A DNA stretch of 62,688 bases, filler included, from 6 parts of 6 records of this genome joined end to end with filler, not necessarily neighbours in it; one strand, 5' to 3'. Positions 51,452 to 62,511 are shown, numbered from the whole stretch's first letter. Numbers and translations: made by a program. The notes: generated from the sequence alone by a model not told the origin.

Positions 51452-52189
51452 TCAAAATTCCAGCCGCGCCCCATCGCGCAGAACCGCCTTAATTTCAGGG
51501 GTATAGCTTTCCGCATCCCGCAAATGGCTTTCGCCGCGGTGCAGAAGGCGCGGAAAATGCAAGCGAAATTCTGCCCGTCCGCCCTTGCGTGCGCGGATAA
51601 TGCACAACTCTGGCGCACGTCCGGGGCGTGCTGAAAAAGGCAGCACTTCGATGCTGCCCAACACGGGCCGAATGCCCGACAGCAGATCAGGCAGGCGTGC
51701 CATGCGGTGAATAAAATGAGCGAATCCGCGATACCGCAGGCGTTTGGCCGCGACCTGCACCCAGTCCTCCAGCGCCGTATCCTCGCCCAAGGCCCCCTCG
51801 CGGCCCACATAGGGCGACGGACGGCTCGCACTGCGGTCAAAGAACGGTGGGTTGGCAATCACATGGTCAAAGCTGCGCTCTTTCAGCGGCATTGGCAGGC
51901 GGGTCAGGTCGGCGCATGTCACCTCCAGCCCATTGCGCCGGGCCAGATCCGCGTAATAGGGCTGTCGTTCGACGCCGTGCAGGTCCAGCCCCGGCACCCG
52001 CGCGCCCAGACACAAGGCCGCAGCTCCCGCGCCACAGCCCAGATCCAGAACCGATTGCCCCGCTTGCGCCGGAACGCTGGCCGCCAGCAGAACCGGGTCC
52101 AGCCCCGCACGATAGCCGGTGCGCGGCTGCCACAGCATCACCTGCCCGCCCAAAAAGGCGTCATGGGTCAGCTCGACGCCTTCGCTCAC
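51452..52189 (-). CDS. tRNA1(Val) A37 N6-methyltransferase family protein
   Basis: QPRTGYRAGLDPVLLAA, LDLGCGAG, NPPFF. Confidence 0.85.
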   Translation of the reverse strand: MSEGVELTHDAFLGGQVMLWQPRTGYRAGLDPVLLAASVPAQAGQSVLDLGCGAGAAALCLGARVPGLDLHGVERQPYYADLARRNGLEVTCADLTRLPMPLKERSFDHVIANPPFFDRSASRPSPYVGREGALGEDTALEDWVQVAAKRLRYRGFAHFIHRMARLPDLLSGIRPVLGSIEVLPFSARPGRAPELCIIRARKGGRAEFRLHFPRLLHRGESHLRDAESYTPEIKAVLRDGARLEF

Positions 52190-52401
52190 AGACCCAGCGG
52201 AATTTCGTTGTCGCGCATCACCCGACTGGCCGCATCATGGTCATCGGCCCGCACCATCAAACGACGCGGGAAAATCCCGATACCGCCTTCGAGTACGCTC
52301 ATGTTTACGTCCAATTCAAAGCAGTCTATATCCTCGCCCGACAGTAGGGCCGAGGCAAAGGCGATGATCGTCGGGTCGTTGCTGCGCAAAAGTTCTTTCA
52401 T
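52186..52401 (-). CDS. DUF2007 family protein
   Basis: MKELLRSND, D.NMSVLEGGIGIFPRRLMV; usual position divergent from ispB. Confidence 0.8.
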   Translation of the reverse strand: MKELLRSNDPTIIAFASALLSGEDIDCFELDVNMSVLEGGIGIFPRRLMVRADDHDAASRVMRDNEIPLGL

Positions 52402-52456
52402 GATCACGGATGTAAGAGAAGGTGGCCCTTAATGTACAGGGGCCAATGGGGGCAAG

Positions 52457-53458
52457 ATGGACAGCACCGCACCGATGTTAAAGCCGCATGACCGGCTGGC
52501 CGCACGGCTGGCAGACGACATGGACGCGGTCAATACGCTGATCCGCACCAAGATGGCCTCGGAACACGCGCCGCGCATCCCAGAGGTGACCGCGCATCTG
52601 GTCGGCGCTGGCGGCAAGCGGCTGCGTCCGATGCTGACGTTGGCGTCGGCACATTTGTGTGGCTACACAGGACCTTATCACGTGCATCTGGCCGCCACGG
52701 TTGAATTCATCCACACCGCCACGCTGCTGCATGACGACGTTGTCGACGAAAGCGAACAGCGACGCGGCCGTCCCACCGCCAACCTGCTGTGGGACAACAC
52801 CTCCAGCGTTCTGGTCGGGGATTATCTGTTCGCGCGGTCCTTTCAGTTGATGACCGAATGCGGCTCGATGGAAGTCATGCGCATCCTGTCCAACGCCGCC
52901 GCCACCATCGCCGAGGGCGAGGTGCTGCAACTGACCGCCGCACAGGATCTGGCAACGGACGAAGCTGTCTATCTGCAAGTCGTGCGCGGCAAGACGGCGG
53001 CGCTGTTTTCGGCGGCGATGGAGGTGGGCGGCGTCATTGCCGATGCCGACGCCGCGACGGTCAAGGCGCTTTATGACTACGGCGACGCGCTTGGCGTGGC
53101 GTTCCAGATCGTTGACGACCTGCTGGACTATCAGGGCCAGTCCGAAGCGACCGGCAAGAACATCGGCGACGATTTCCGCGAACGCAAGCTGACCCTGCCC
53201 GTGATCAAGGCCGTGGCCAAGGCCAGTGCCGACGAACGGGCCTTTTGGGTGCGGACCATCGAAAAGGGCAAGCAGGACGCGGGCGATCTGGATCATGCGC
53301 TGGCCTTGCTGAACAAGCACGGCACCCTGGCCGAAACACGCGTGGACGCGATCGCCTGGGCCGAGCGGGCCAAGGCGTCGCTGGCCCCCCTGCCCGATCA
53401 TGACATCAAGGACATGCTGGTCGATCTGGCAGACTTCGTGGTCGACCGGATCAGCTGA
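52457..53458 (+). CDS. ispB: Polyprenyl (decaprenyl) diphosphate synthase
   Basis: GGKRLRP, LLHDDVVD, RRG, KTA, FQIVDDLLD, GDD. Confidence 0.92.
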   Translation: MDSTAPMLKPHDRLAARLADDMDAVNTLIRTKMASEHAPRIPEVTAHLVGAGGKRLRPMLTLASAHLCGYTGPYHVHLAATVEFIHTATLLHDDVVDESEQRRGRPTANLLWDNTSSVLVGDYLFARSFQLMTECGSMEVMRILSNAAATIAEGEVLQLTAAQDLATDEAVYLQVVRGKTAALFSAAMEVGGVIADADAATVKALYDYGDALGVAFQIVDDLLDYQGQSEATGKNIGDDFRERKLTLPVIKAVAKASADERAFWVRTIEKGKQDAGDLDHALALLNKHGTLAETRVDAIAWAERAKASLAPLPDHDIKDMLVDLADFVVDRIS

Positions 53459-54341
53459 GGGGGCGTGGTGCGGCCTTGGCCTGCATCGACCCCAACGCAC
53501 CTTCGCGCACCCACCAGTCCGGTCGCGCCGATGACAGGCTCGCTGCCGCCTCTGCAGCGTCCTGTGCCGTGGCGAACACGCCGAAACAGGTGGCCCCCGA
53601 CCCGGACATCCGCGCCAGCAGACAACGCGGCAAAGCCGCCAGCGTCTGACAGGTCTGGGTGATCTGCGGTGCCAGCGCCTCGGCTGCCGCCTGCAGATCG
53701 TTGCGTTGCGTCCCCAGCCAGTCGCACAGGGTGGCGGCGTCCGCGAACACGGGCAGCACGTCGGGCATCGGCGCGTTGTTCTTGCGCGCCAGCGCCCTGA
53801 ATATCTGTGGTGTGGACACGGCCACACGCGGATTGGCCAGCACCACGTGCAACGCGGGCAACTCCGCCAGCGGTGTCACAACCTCTCCGATACCTTGCAT
53901 CCGCGCCGCACCCGAAGGGACGCAAACCGGAATATCGGCCCCCAGCGACAACAGCTGTGCCGCATCCGCGTCACGCCCTGCCATCTGGCACAGGCCCCGC
54001 CAGACTGCCGCTGCATCAGCTGAGCCGCCGCCAATGCCGGAGGCGACCGGCAGGTCCTTGGTCAGGGTCAGTGCCGCCGACAGATCAGGAAACAAGCGCG
54101 CCACCCGCAGCACAAGGTTGTCGTCACCCACAGGCACATGGCCGCCCTCGGAACCATCCACGCGCAATGACCAGGCAGCGGCAGGGCGCAGTTGAACCGT
54201 GTCGCCCACATCGGCAAACACCACCAGCGAATCCAGCAGGTGATAGCCATCCGCACGCTGCCCCGTCACATGCAGGGTCAGGTTGATCTTGGCAGGGGCA
54301 AAGACCCGCAGGCCCGCCATCGCCACAGGCTCAGCGGTCAA
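53451..54341 (-). CDS. ispE: 4-diphosphocytidyl-2-C-methyl-D-erythritol kinase
   Basis: APAKINL.L, GYHLLDSL, PVASGIGGGSADAA, LGADIP, MSGSG. Confidence 0.95.
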   Translation of the reverse strand: MTAEPVAMAGLRVFAPAKINLTLHVTGQRADGYHLLDSLVVFADVGDTVQLRPAAAWSLRVDGSEGGHVPVGDDNLVLRVARLFPDLSAALTLTKDLPVASGIGGGSADAAAVWRGLCQMAGRDADAAQLLSLGADIPVCVPSGAARMQGIGEVVTPLAELPALHVVLANPRVAVSTPQIFRALARKNNAPMPDVLPVFADAATLCDWLGTQRNDLQAAAEALAPQITQTCQTLAALPRCLLARMSGSGATCFGVFATAQDAAEAAASLSSARPDWWVREGALGSMQAKAAPRPLS

Positions 54342-56050
54342 GGATCAACGGCCACCTTCAGGGGCGGCGCGCCCTCTTCGGCCAACACCTTGTCCAGGCC
54401 AACCTCAAGCTTGCGGCGGATCCGGGCGGGATCGGCTTCACTGTTCACATCGGAGGTGTCGACAAAGGACAGTGCCCGTCGCCATTGAAAGCGGGCCTCG
54501 CGCTTGCGGCCCACGGCCCACAACGTGTCCCCCAAGTGGTCGTTGACCACCGCGTCAACCGGCTCAAGCTGGGCTGCGCGTTCCATGTGAACAATCGCCT
54601 CTTCGTAGCGTCCAAGCCGGTAAAGGACCCATCCGAGGCTGTCGATGATATAGCCGCTGTCCGGGCTGGCCGCGACCGCCTGTTCGATCATCTCCAGGGC
54701 TTCGTCCAGATTGACCTGCTGTTCGACCATCGAATAGCCCAGATAGTTCAGCACCTGCGGTTGACCGGGGTTCAACGCCAGCGCGTGACGGAAATCCGCC
54801 TCGGCCTCTTTCCATTGGCCCAGACGTTCGTGCGCGATCGCGCGGGCATACAGCAAGAACCATTCGGCCCGCGCCCCCTCTGCCGTCAGCTCAAGCGCAC
54901 GGTCATAGGCAGCGATGGACTCGGCGAACTGGTCCTGCTGGCGCAACACGTCGCCCAATGTCGAAAAGACCACCGGCAGATCGGGATAGCTGCGCGTCAG
55001 TTGCTCCAGCACTTCGATCGCCGCATCTGGCTTGTCCGCGCGGCGCAAGGCCGCGGCGCGCCCCAGTTCGGCGGCGTGAAAGGCCGGATCACTGGCGGGC
55101 ACTTCCTTGTAGACGGCGATGGCCAGATCGTATTGGTCCAGTTCTTCCAGAAGCTCGGCATTCAACAGCAGCGCGTCCACATGATTGGGGCGCAGGTAGC
55201 GGGCCAGCCGACCATAAAGCAACGTATAGTCCGCCGATGCCTCGCTGCGCAGCGCACCGGCCAGAGAATAGAACACTTCCGCCAGCCCGTCGCGGGCCGA
55301 GGTGACATGGGTAAACGGCAGGGTTTCCCCCGCCTCAAGGGCCGTGATCACCCGCTCAAGCTCGGGGTCCAGACTGCCGCCAAAGGCCTCTTGCAGGCTC
55401 GCGACCGCATCGGCGTTGCGATCCAGCTGGCTCAGCACTTCGGCCCGCGCCATGGCTCCACGCCGGGTGCGGACCATGGTGCCGCTGTCGGTGCCCGAAA
55501 AAATTGCTTCAGCGGCCTCATACTCACCGCTCATCGCCAGCGCCATCGCCTTGTGATAGAGCGCAAAGCCCTTCAAACCCTGCTCGCGCGAAACCTTGTC
55601 AAAGCCCGCAAGCCCCGCCTTCAAATCGCCCGCGCCTACATAGGCCCATCCTGTCAGCAGCCCGTCGACCAGCGGCCCGATGCCTTGCGTGTCCATGTCA
55701 CGGTCCAGCAGCGCGTCATAATCCTCGCGCTGCGCCATGTCGGCAATGACCGCCATGTGCGCCGCCTGACTGCGCAGGCCCGCTTCTTCCATCTTCAGGG
55801 CAATCGGCAGTGCCTGCAACACGTCGCCCAGCAGCAAATGCGCCAGCGTCGCGTCCTCCATCAGGGTCGCATTTTCCACGTCATGCAGCAGCGCCATGTC
55901 GTAATAGCGTGCCGCCGTGCCAAAATCGTTCAGATAAGAAGCCTGCCGCGCCGCCAGATAGGGTCCCGCAACATCCTGTGCCGCCAGCGGCGTTGCCAGC
56001 GTCCAGATCAGGGCTGTGGCTGCGGTGCTTTTCAGAATGGTTCGGATCAC
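54338..56050 (-). CDS. Exported tetratricopeptide repeat protein
   Basis: Signal peptide, GPYLAAR, VLNYLGYS, IIDSLGW, HLGD; conserved position upstream of ispE. Confidence 0.88.
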   Translation of the reverse strand: MIRTILKSTAATALIWTLATPLAAQDVAGPYLAARQASYLNDFGTAARYYDMALLHDVENATLMEDATLAHLLLGDVLQALPIALKMEEAGLRSQAAHMAVIADMAQREDYDALLDRDMDTQGIGPLVDGLLTGWAYVGAGDLKAGLAGFDKVSREQGLKGFALYHKAMALAMSGEYEAAEAIFSGTDSGTMVRTRRGAMARAEVLSQLDRNADAVASLQEAFGGSLDPELERVITALEAGETLPFTHVTSARDGLAEVFYSLAGALRSEASADYTLLYGRLARYLRPNHVDALLLNAELLEELDQYDLAIAVYKEVPASDPAFHAAELGRAAALRRADKPDAAIEVLEQLTRSYPDLPVVFSTLGDVLRQQDQFAESIAAYDRALELTAEGARAEWFLLYARAIAHERLGQWKEAEADFRHALALNPGQPQVLNYLGYSMVEQQVNLDEALEMIEQAVAASPDSGYIIDSLGWVLYRLGRYEEAIVHMERAAQLEPVDAVVNDHLGDTLWAVGRKREARFQWRRALSFVDTSDVNSEADPARIRRKLEVGLDKVLAEEGAPPLKVAVDP

Positions 56051-56226
56051 GCGACTGCCTCGTCTGATTTCGTTTGGAATAAGGCTATCAGGTCTGCACG
56101 CGGGCGCAATGGGCCTGCTCGCGGGCTGGTAAACAAAGCTGTGAGTTACGGCGGCTAATTGCACAAGTTGCGCGCAAGGTCGTCGATTCTCTTGCCAGAC
56201 CACTGGAAATCTGAATACTTAGTTAA

Positions 56227-56574
56227 ATGGCTAAGTATGATTCCCATCTCGACCAGATATTCGCGGCCTTGGCCGATCCCACGCGGCGCGCCATCCTGGA
56301 CCGCCTGTCGCGCGGGCCTGCCAGCACCAGCGAACTGGCCGCCCCGCATGACATGGCGATGCCGTCGTTGTTGGGACATCTGGCCAAGCTTGAAACCGCA
56401 GGGCTGGTCAACTCGACCAAGTCCGGGCGCGTGCGCACCTATGCCCGCGCGGACACTGCATTTGTACCCGTACAAAACTGGCTGGGCCACCAGTCCGACC
56501 TGTGGACCCGCCGCCTGAACGAACTTGACAGCTACGCAACCCAACTCGCAAAGGACCGCAACAATGGAACTTGA
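56227..56574 (+). CDS. ArsR/SmtB family regulator
   Basis: FAALADPTRRAIL, HL..LE.AGLV...KSGRVR. Confidence 0.88.
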   Translation: MAKYDSHLDQIFAALADPTRRAILDRLSRGPASTSELAAPHDMAMPSLLGHLAKLETAGLVNSTKSGRVRTYARADTAFVPVQNWLGHQSDLWTRRLNELDSYATQLAKDRNNGT

Positions 56575-57028
56575 TCCCGCCACCGACCTGACGTTTACCC
56601 GCAAGATCGACGTGCCCCCCGCCGTGCTGTGGGATTGCTGGGCGACGCCCGAACATGTCAAAGCCTTCTTTGTCCCCAGACCGCACACCGTCACCGATTG
56701 CGAGATTGACCTGCGCGTGGGCGGGCGGTTCAACACCACCTTTGACGTGGACGGGAACACCATGACCAACACCGGTGTTTACCTTGAGCTGGTCCCGCAA
56801 CGCAAACTGGTGTTCACCGATACCTACAGCGAAGGCTGGAAGCCCAGCGCCGACCCGTTCATGACTGCCATCATCGAATTCGAAGACGACGGCGCGGATG
56901 GCACGATCTACACCGCCACCGTGCGCCACAGATCGTCAGAGGCACGCCAGTCACATGAAGACATGGGGTTCTTTGTCGGCTGGGGCATGGCCGCCGATCA
57001 GCTTGCGGCCTATGCCAAAACCCTGTGA
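56564..57028 (+). CDS. SRPBCC/AHSA1 domain protein
   Basis: DLTFTR, DLRVGG, G.YLE, HEDMGF..GW; paired with ArsR. Confidence 0.88.
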   Translation: MELDPATDLTFTRKIDVPPAVLWDCWATPEHVKAFFVPRPHTVTDCEIDLRVGGRFNTTFDVDGNTMTNTGVYLELVPQRKLVFTDTYSEGWKPSADPFMTAIIEFEDDGADGTIYTATVRHRSSEARQSHEDMGFFVGWGMAADQLAAYAKTL

Positions 57029-57032
57029 ACGC

Positions 57033-57058
57033 AAAAAGGCGGGCCTGCGCCCGCCTTT
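57033..57058. terminator. Probable bidirectional terminator
   Basis: AAAAAGGCGGGC-loop-GCCCGCCTTT between convergent genes. Confidence 0.7.
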
Positions 57059-57079
57059 CCACCTGCCAAGAACGGCATT

Positions 57080-57140
57080 TTACATGTTCGGATAATTCGG
57101 CCCGTCCCCGCCCTGCGGCGTGGTCCAGTTGATGTTCTGG
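57080..57140 (-). CDS. ETF-ubiquinone oxidoreductase, extreme 3' fragment
   Basis: QNINWTTPQGGDGPNYPNM* is the characteristic C-terminus. Confidence 0.8.
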
Positions 57141-57240
57141 NNNNNNNNNNNNNNNNNNNNNNNNNNNNNNNNNNNNNNNNNNNNTTAATTAATTAANNNN
57201 NNNNNNNNNNNNNNNNNNNNNNNNNNNNNNNNNNNNNNNN
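57141..57240. other. Artificial contig spacer
   Basis: N44-TTAATTAATTAA-N44. Confidence 0.98.
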
Positions 57241-57378
57241 TAAACCGTAGATAAATTATGGTAAGTAAAGTAATGTATTGTGAGTTTTTCTTGTCCCGTG
57301 ATCATTTATCTAATTATCACGTTTATGTTTTTTATATGATATATGCTTCAATGAGTTTTATTTCCCAGAATATTTAGT

Positions 57379-59262
57379 ATGGCTTTGAGCTTCCAAAATC
57401 TTGTAGACATTTATCGTAGTGGAGAAAATGACCGTGAGGAGTCCCCAGCACCTCGCTCACAAGAAAAAGCGCAGAAAAAGTCTCAACCGAAGTTCTTGTT
57501 CCAAAATGCGGCTATAAGTGAGTTTGAAGTTCCCTCAGCACTTGGAGACTTTTCAGTTGACCCAATATTTATCCCATCTAAGGGCAGATACTCTCAAAGT
57601 AATTATGGAACACATATTTTACTAGCTGCAGCAGGAATTCCATTCACATTGGTTGTGGAACCGAATGAAGCTCAGCAGTACGGAGATCTTCTAATGTCAC
57701 TTTCGGGATACAACGCGGATATTCACAAAGTTGCCATTCTCTCAAAGTGTAACCAGGGTATAAGTTTTGTGAGAAATGCAATCCTGCGAAAGTTCTCTCC
57801 TGATGGTTGGTTTTGGGTAATGGATGACGATATCCGATCGTTTAGTCGTGGAATGGGTGGTAAAAATCACACGGTGTCGCCTGAGCAACTGTTTTCAATG
57901 CTGTCACAGCGGTTCAAAAAGTATCCGAATGTTTCTGTATTTTCATTAGAGTACGAACAATTTGCATACTCGTATAAAGATGGAGATGTTGCGATAAATT
58001 CTTACAATAACATTGCAATTCGGATCAACAAACGGGATGTGGCAGATAAAATCGAATACAGGTTTTCCATCCGTGAGGATTATGATTTTACTCTTCAATT
58101 AATACTTGATGGAAAGCAAACGTTGCGGTTCAGGGACCTTTCGTTTCGTGTACCTAAGATGTGTGCATGTTCAGGGGGGATGACAGACTACTACAACGAA
58201 AGGAAAGCGGAAATTCGTCTTCAAAATAAAAAGTTTCTTGAGCATTGGCCTTCTATCTCGCGAGAAGTTTTGAAAGGATCCAACAAAGATATTCGATACG
58301 ATATCCGTGTCCTTTGGGTGAAACTTAATCCCTTGAAGGGAGACCCGGTTGCTGTTTTAAACAGCAAGATTCCGTTACCTGAGATTGAAATGAAGATTCC
58401 AATTCCCCGAGCTCAGCGAGTAAAGCTAGATGGTAAGAAAGTTTTCAAAAAAAAGACATCACTTGGCGTGAAACGGACGCGATCGGTGTCGTCTGAAGAG
58501 AGCGTTCCCCAAAGCTCATCAGAGAGCTTTCATTCAAGTAGCTTTGAAGATGATGGAGGTTCAAATTCAACTACATCAAGTCATGAAACTGATTCAAGCC
58601 TCAGTGACTCATTTGACATGGCTGAATATGAAGCAAGACTCGCACCTTTAAAATCTAAAGGAGTGGCAACAAAGACAGCTAAAGTGGTTATGCCGGTCGC
58701 AAAACCACACGCTCCAAAATCTCAGAAGCTCATTTCCAAGACACCTTCGCCCAAGCTGACGAAGGACTCTGCTCCTAAAGTGTCCGTAACAATAGAAAGC
58801 TTCTTCAAAAATGTTCCCAAGAAAACACCTTCATACACTCCAAAAAGTGCTCCACATTGGAAGGGTTACGTTGTTGAGTGGTTTAGAGAATTAAATGAGG
58901 AAACCGCTTTGCTATGCGGATTGAAGAGTCTTCCTCCGCAAACTGTTTCTGTTGGGGATAGTGTTCTGATTATTCCTAGCAAGCTCACTGTCATTCCATC
59001 TGTAATTGAAGGGACTGTTATTGACAAGTGGGCTAATAAGTCCCAAAGTGAGTGTGAGTTTGGATTTTCTGTTGCACCTTCTCGGAAGTATCGAGGTGTT
59101 GATATTCAACACTGTTCCAGTGTTTACAGTCAGATAGATGAAAGCGCCGCTTTAAGCCTAATACAGGAAGTGGTGGATGAGTATGTACAACCACCAAAAG
59201 ATTCTGTGACGAGAGTCACAGCAGACAATCTAAAAGCAGTGGAAGAATTGTTGAAGAACTAG
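57379..59262 (+). CDS. GREB1/TET-JBP-associated GT-A glycosyltransferase, probable base J glucosyltransferase (JGT)
   Basis: IFIPSKGR, LVVEP.E...Y, GISFVRNAI, WVMDDDI, REDYDF, SGGM; followed by a basic/Ser-rich linker and a C-terminal domain. Confidence 0.65.
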   Translation: MALSFQNLVDIYRSGENDREESPAPRSQEKAQKKSQPKFLFQNAAISEFEVPSALGDFSVDPIFIPSKGRYSQSNYGTHILLAAAGIPFTLVVEPNEAQQYGDLLMSLSGYNADIHKVAILSKCNQGISFVRNAILRKFSPDGWFWVMDDDIRSFSRGMGGKNHTVSPEQLFSMLSQRFKKYPNVSVFSLEYEQFAYSYKDGDVAINSYNNIAIRINKRDVADKIEYRFSIREDYDFTLQLILDGKQTLRFRDLSFRVPKMCACSGGMTDYYNERKAEIRLQNKKFLEHWPSISREVLKGSNKDIRYDIRVLWVKLNPLKGDPVAVLNSKIPLPEIEMKIPIPRAQRVKLDGKKVFKKKTSLGVKRTRSVSSEESVPQSSSESFHSSSFEDDGGSNSTTSSHETDSSLSDSFDMAEYEARLAPLKSKGVATKTAKVVMPVAKPHAPKSQKLISKTPSPKLTKDSAPKVSVTIESFFKNVPKKTPSYTPKSAPHWKGYVVEWFRELNEETALLCGLKSLPPQTVSVGDSVLIIPSKLTVIPSVIEGTVIDKWANKSQSECEFGFSVAPSRKYRGVDIQHCSSVYSQIDESAALSLIQEVVDEYVQPPKDSVTRVTADNLKAVEELLKN

Positions 59263-59343
59263 AATATCGAAATTAATTGTTTGTTCATTGAATTTGTGTC
59301 TTCATTAAATCATGTTTTATATTTTATCCACCAAAGTTTAACA

Positions 59344-61257
59344 ATGTCGTCCGTCTACAACTTCAAGAGCGCCACGGCTGTCCCAACTTGCAAAGAGTTT
59401 ATTGACATCGTGCTGTCAAAAACTCAGCGTAAGACTCCCACCGTTGTACACAAGGGGTACCACATTTCTCGTATTCGCCAGTTCTACATGCGCAAGGTGA
59501 AGTACACCCAGAAGACCATCAACGATAAGCTCTCTCGCATCATCCAAGATTTCCCCCGCCTCGATGACATTCATCCCTTCTACGGTGATTTGATGCACGT
59601 CCTGTACGATCGTGATCACTACAAGGTCGCCCTGGGACAGGTTGGAGCCGTTCGGCATATGGTTGACAACATCGGTCGCGACTACGTTCGCCTTTTGAAG
59701 TATGGTGACTCTCTCTACCGTTGCAAGGCTCTGAAGCGTGCCGCCCTCGGACGTATGGCAACTGCCTCCAAGAAGCTGGGGAGTGCACTTTCATACCTGG
59801 AGAAGGTTCGCCAGCACATGGGACGTCTCCCTTCCATTGATCCCTCTGCCCCCACTCTTCTCGTCACTGGATTCCCCAACGTTGGTAAGTCCAGCTTCAT
59901 GAACAAGGTCACTCGTGCTGATGTTGATGTGCAGCCCTACGCCTTCACTACCAAGTCACTGTACGTTGGTCACACTGACTACAACTACTCCCCCTGGCAG
60001 GTGATTGATACCCCCGGTATCCTTGATCATTCCCTAGAGGAGCGTAACGTCATTGAGATGCAGGCCATCACTGCCCTGGCCCATCTTCGTGCATGTGTGC
60101 TCTTCTTCATTGACCTCAGTGGTCAATGTGGTTACTCCATCGAGCAGCAGCTTTCCCTGTTCAACTCCATTCGCCCTCTTTTCACTGGCAAGCCTCTGGT
60201 TGTCGTGTTCAACAAGAGTGACGTGTGCTCCCTCAAGGACCTTACCCCCGAGGAGCGCGACTCCGTTCTCCAGGTTGTCGATGAGGCCGGTGCTCGCCAC
60301 ATCACCACCAGCACCCTCACCGATATCGGTGTTGGTGATCTGAAGGAGCTTGCTTGCGGCCTACTACTTGAGCACCGTAAGGACGAGAAGGAGGGAACTG
60401 GACGCTTCCAAGCTATCCAGAACCGACTCTACTGCTCCCAGCCCCAGCGTCGTGACAACGTTACTCGCGAGTCTTTCATCCCCGAGTCTGTCGCTGAGGA
60501 GATCGCAAGCGGAATCCACGAGCGTCGCAAGACTCAGCGTGATTACGAGTGGGAGAATGGAGGTCCAGGACGTTACCAGCCCAACGATCGCCTGACTTGG
60601 GACCTTGAGAACCAAGACTGGGTTGATGATATTCAGCCTGATATCATGGACGGACACAACCTGTACGATATCGTCGATCCTGATATCGAGCAGCGACTCA
60701 TGGAGCTTGAGGATGAGGAGGAGGCAAGGGTTGCCGCCCTTGAGGTAGAGCAGGCTTCTGCTCCCGCACGATTCCGCATGGAGGACTCAACCCTCGAGGC
60801 TGTCCAGTTCATCCGTGACAAGATCAAGGTCATGAAGATGGAGAGAGCTGCCAAGAACAGCACCGTTCGTCGTACCCACTCCCAGTCCGTGGCCGTTGAC
60901 AGGTTCAACGCTCGCACAGGAAGCCAGGAGCCCGCCAACAAGGGTAAGCGCATGCGTTCCATGTCTGCTGCCTCCGACGCCATGGAGAGGGACAGGTCTG
61001 CCTCCAGCTACGTCAGCACCAAGACCTCCAGGTCTCTTACGAACACTTCTCGCGATCGTTCCCTGTCTACCGAGCGTGGATCTGGTTACCAGGATGTCGC
61101 ACAGAAGATGAAGGCTGTTAGGATCAGCAAGCTCAAGGCCCGCCCACTCCGCACCAACGGTAAGCGCGGTGAGGCTGATAGTCGTGTGGAGAAGATGATG
61201 CCCAAGCATCTCTTCACTGGTAAGGTGAAGTCCAATGGAAAGCGCGATCGCCGTTAA
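59344..61257 (+). CDS. NOG1: Nucleolar GTP-binding protein 1
   Basis: [62 protein letters not shown]. Confidence 0.95.
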   Translation: MSSVYNFKSATAVPTCKEFIDIVLSKTQRKTPTVVHKGYHISRIRQFYMRKVKYTQKTINDKLSRIIQDFPRLDDIHPFYGDLMHVLYDRDHYKVALGQVGAVRHMVDNIGRDYVRLLKYGDSLYRCKALKRAALGRMATASKKLGSALSYLEKVRQHMGRLPSIDPSAPTLLVTGFPNVGKSSFMNKVTRADVDVQPYAFTTKSLYVGHTDYNYSPWQVIDTPGILDHSLEERNVIEMQAITALAHLRACVLFFIDLSGQCGYSIEQQLSLFNSIRPLFTGKPLVVVFNKSDVCSLKDLTPEERDSVLQVVDEAGARHITTSTLTDIGVGDLKELACGLLLEHRKDEKEGTGRFQAIQNRLYCSQPQRRDNVTRESFIPESVAEEIASGIHERRKTQRDYEWENGGPGRYQPNDRLTWDLENQDWVDDIQPDIMDGHNLYDIVDPDIEQRLMELEDEEEARVAALEVEQASAPARFRMEDSTLEAVQFIRDKIKVMKMERAAKNSTVRRTHSQSVAVDRFNARTGSQEPANKGKRMRSMSAASDAMERDRSASSYVSTKTSRSLTNTSRDRSLSTERGSGYQDVAQKMKAVRISKLKARPLRTNGKRGEADSRVEKMMPKHLFTGKVKSNGKRDRR

Positions 61258-61467
61258 AAGACAGACAGACTTGTTTCCACTAACATTAATCACGTAACTA
61301 ACTCGTGTAAGGTAATGCCCATCAATTATAACTACGGCTTAATTAAATTTCATTGTCCACAGAAGTGGTATTGCTTGTTGGTCACACTTGTTTGGTGACC
61401 AACAAGGTGATTTTATGTTGATTTGCCTATTTTCTGAACATTGTATCTATTTCATCCCCTTTAGAAT

Positions 61468-62511
61468 ATGGTGTCTCTTCTCACTGAGTTAAAGGGCGGG
61501 AGCTCTTTGATAATCAACAACAAGAATCTGTGTATTGTTACCCCTACAGGGTCGAATGTGATATTAGTCGAGAGTTCAACCTCGGGAAAAGTGATAGATG
61601 CTGCTGTTCTTGAGCAATCGGGGATGCTGTTCGTACTTTTAAAAGGCAACAAGATGGCGCTCCATGCCTACTCCCTTGATGAGGCTGAGTGCTCCATTAC
61701 TCCCCGTTCTAAGATGTCACTTGCATTTGGCACACACGTTGTCCCCCTCGACGGGGACTTCTTTGCTGTGACAGATTACGATTCACTTGACACAGAGATG
61801 TTTGAGTGGAGGGGAGATTCAAAAACTGTTCGAAGATGCTGGGTTAAGAAGGGCTGCCTCCCCAGTCGTGTTGGATCAGAGCACTTCTCCATGATACAGC
61901 TCAAGAGAAATTTACTTGAGGTCCGGAAGTTGGAAAATGGCGAAGCTGTTCACTCTGTGAATGCAAGCAATAGAAATATGACTATCATTGACTCCTCCAG
62001 CTCAGGCAACTTCATCTTTGTCATGTACAGCAGTTGTGTTGTGACAGTATTTGAGTTTGATGGTACGGCCATAAAGCGACTCCAAGATCTAGGCAAGGTT
62101 GCTGATGTTGGTGATAAGCGCCATCTGATGACTACTGAAAACGACGATGGTACCTTTAGTGTGTGGGTTAAGGGAGCTTCTAAAATGCTGGTTATCAATA
62201 GGGTGATATCTGAGGCCCGAGGAGTGCCTCCATTCGAGAAAATTACGGTGGATCGTCCCACACAAGCACCCACACAACCTGTCAAAGCTGCAGCTTCATC
62301 GAAACAGCCAAGTGCACCCACTCCTCAAGCAGCTGTCGTTGAAGTTGTGCAGGAGAATACCACTCAGGATGATACTGTTGGGGCTGAAGTGGAGGATACA
62401 ACCCACGAGGATAGGGGGGACAACACGATGTACTTCCACGCTGCAGTAGTTGTAGTAACCCTTGCGTCTTGCTTGGCGTCAGTGGTACTGGCAAAGCGGT
62501 ACTTAAAGTAA
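61468..62511 (+). CDS. Hypothetical beta-rich protein with a C-terminal transmembrane anchor
   Basis: Intronless 347-aa ORF; terminal hydrophobic helix followed by KRYLK. Confidence 0.65.
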   Translation: MVSLLTELKGGSSLIINNKNLCIVTPTGSNVILVESSTSGKVIDAAVLEQSGMLFVLLKGNKMALHAYSLDEAECSITPRSKMSLAFGTHVVPLDGDFFAVTDYDSLDTEMFEWRGDSKTVRRCWVKKGCLPSRVGSEHFSMIQLKRNLLEVRKLENGEAVHSVNASNRNMTIIDSSSSGNFIFVMYSSCVVTVFEFDGTAIKRLQDLGKVADVGDKRHLMTTENDDGTFSVWVKGASKMLVINRVISEARGVPPFEKITVDRPTQAPTQPVKAAASSKQPSAPTPQAAVVEVVQENTTQDDTVGAEVEDTTHEDRGDNTMYFHAAVVVVTLASCLASVVLAKRYLK

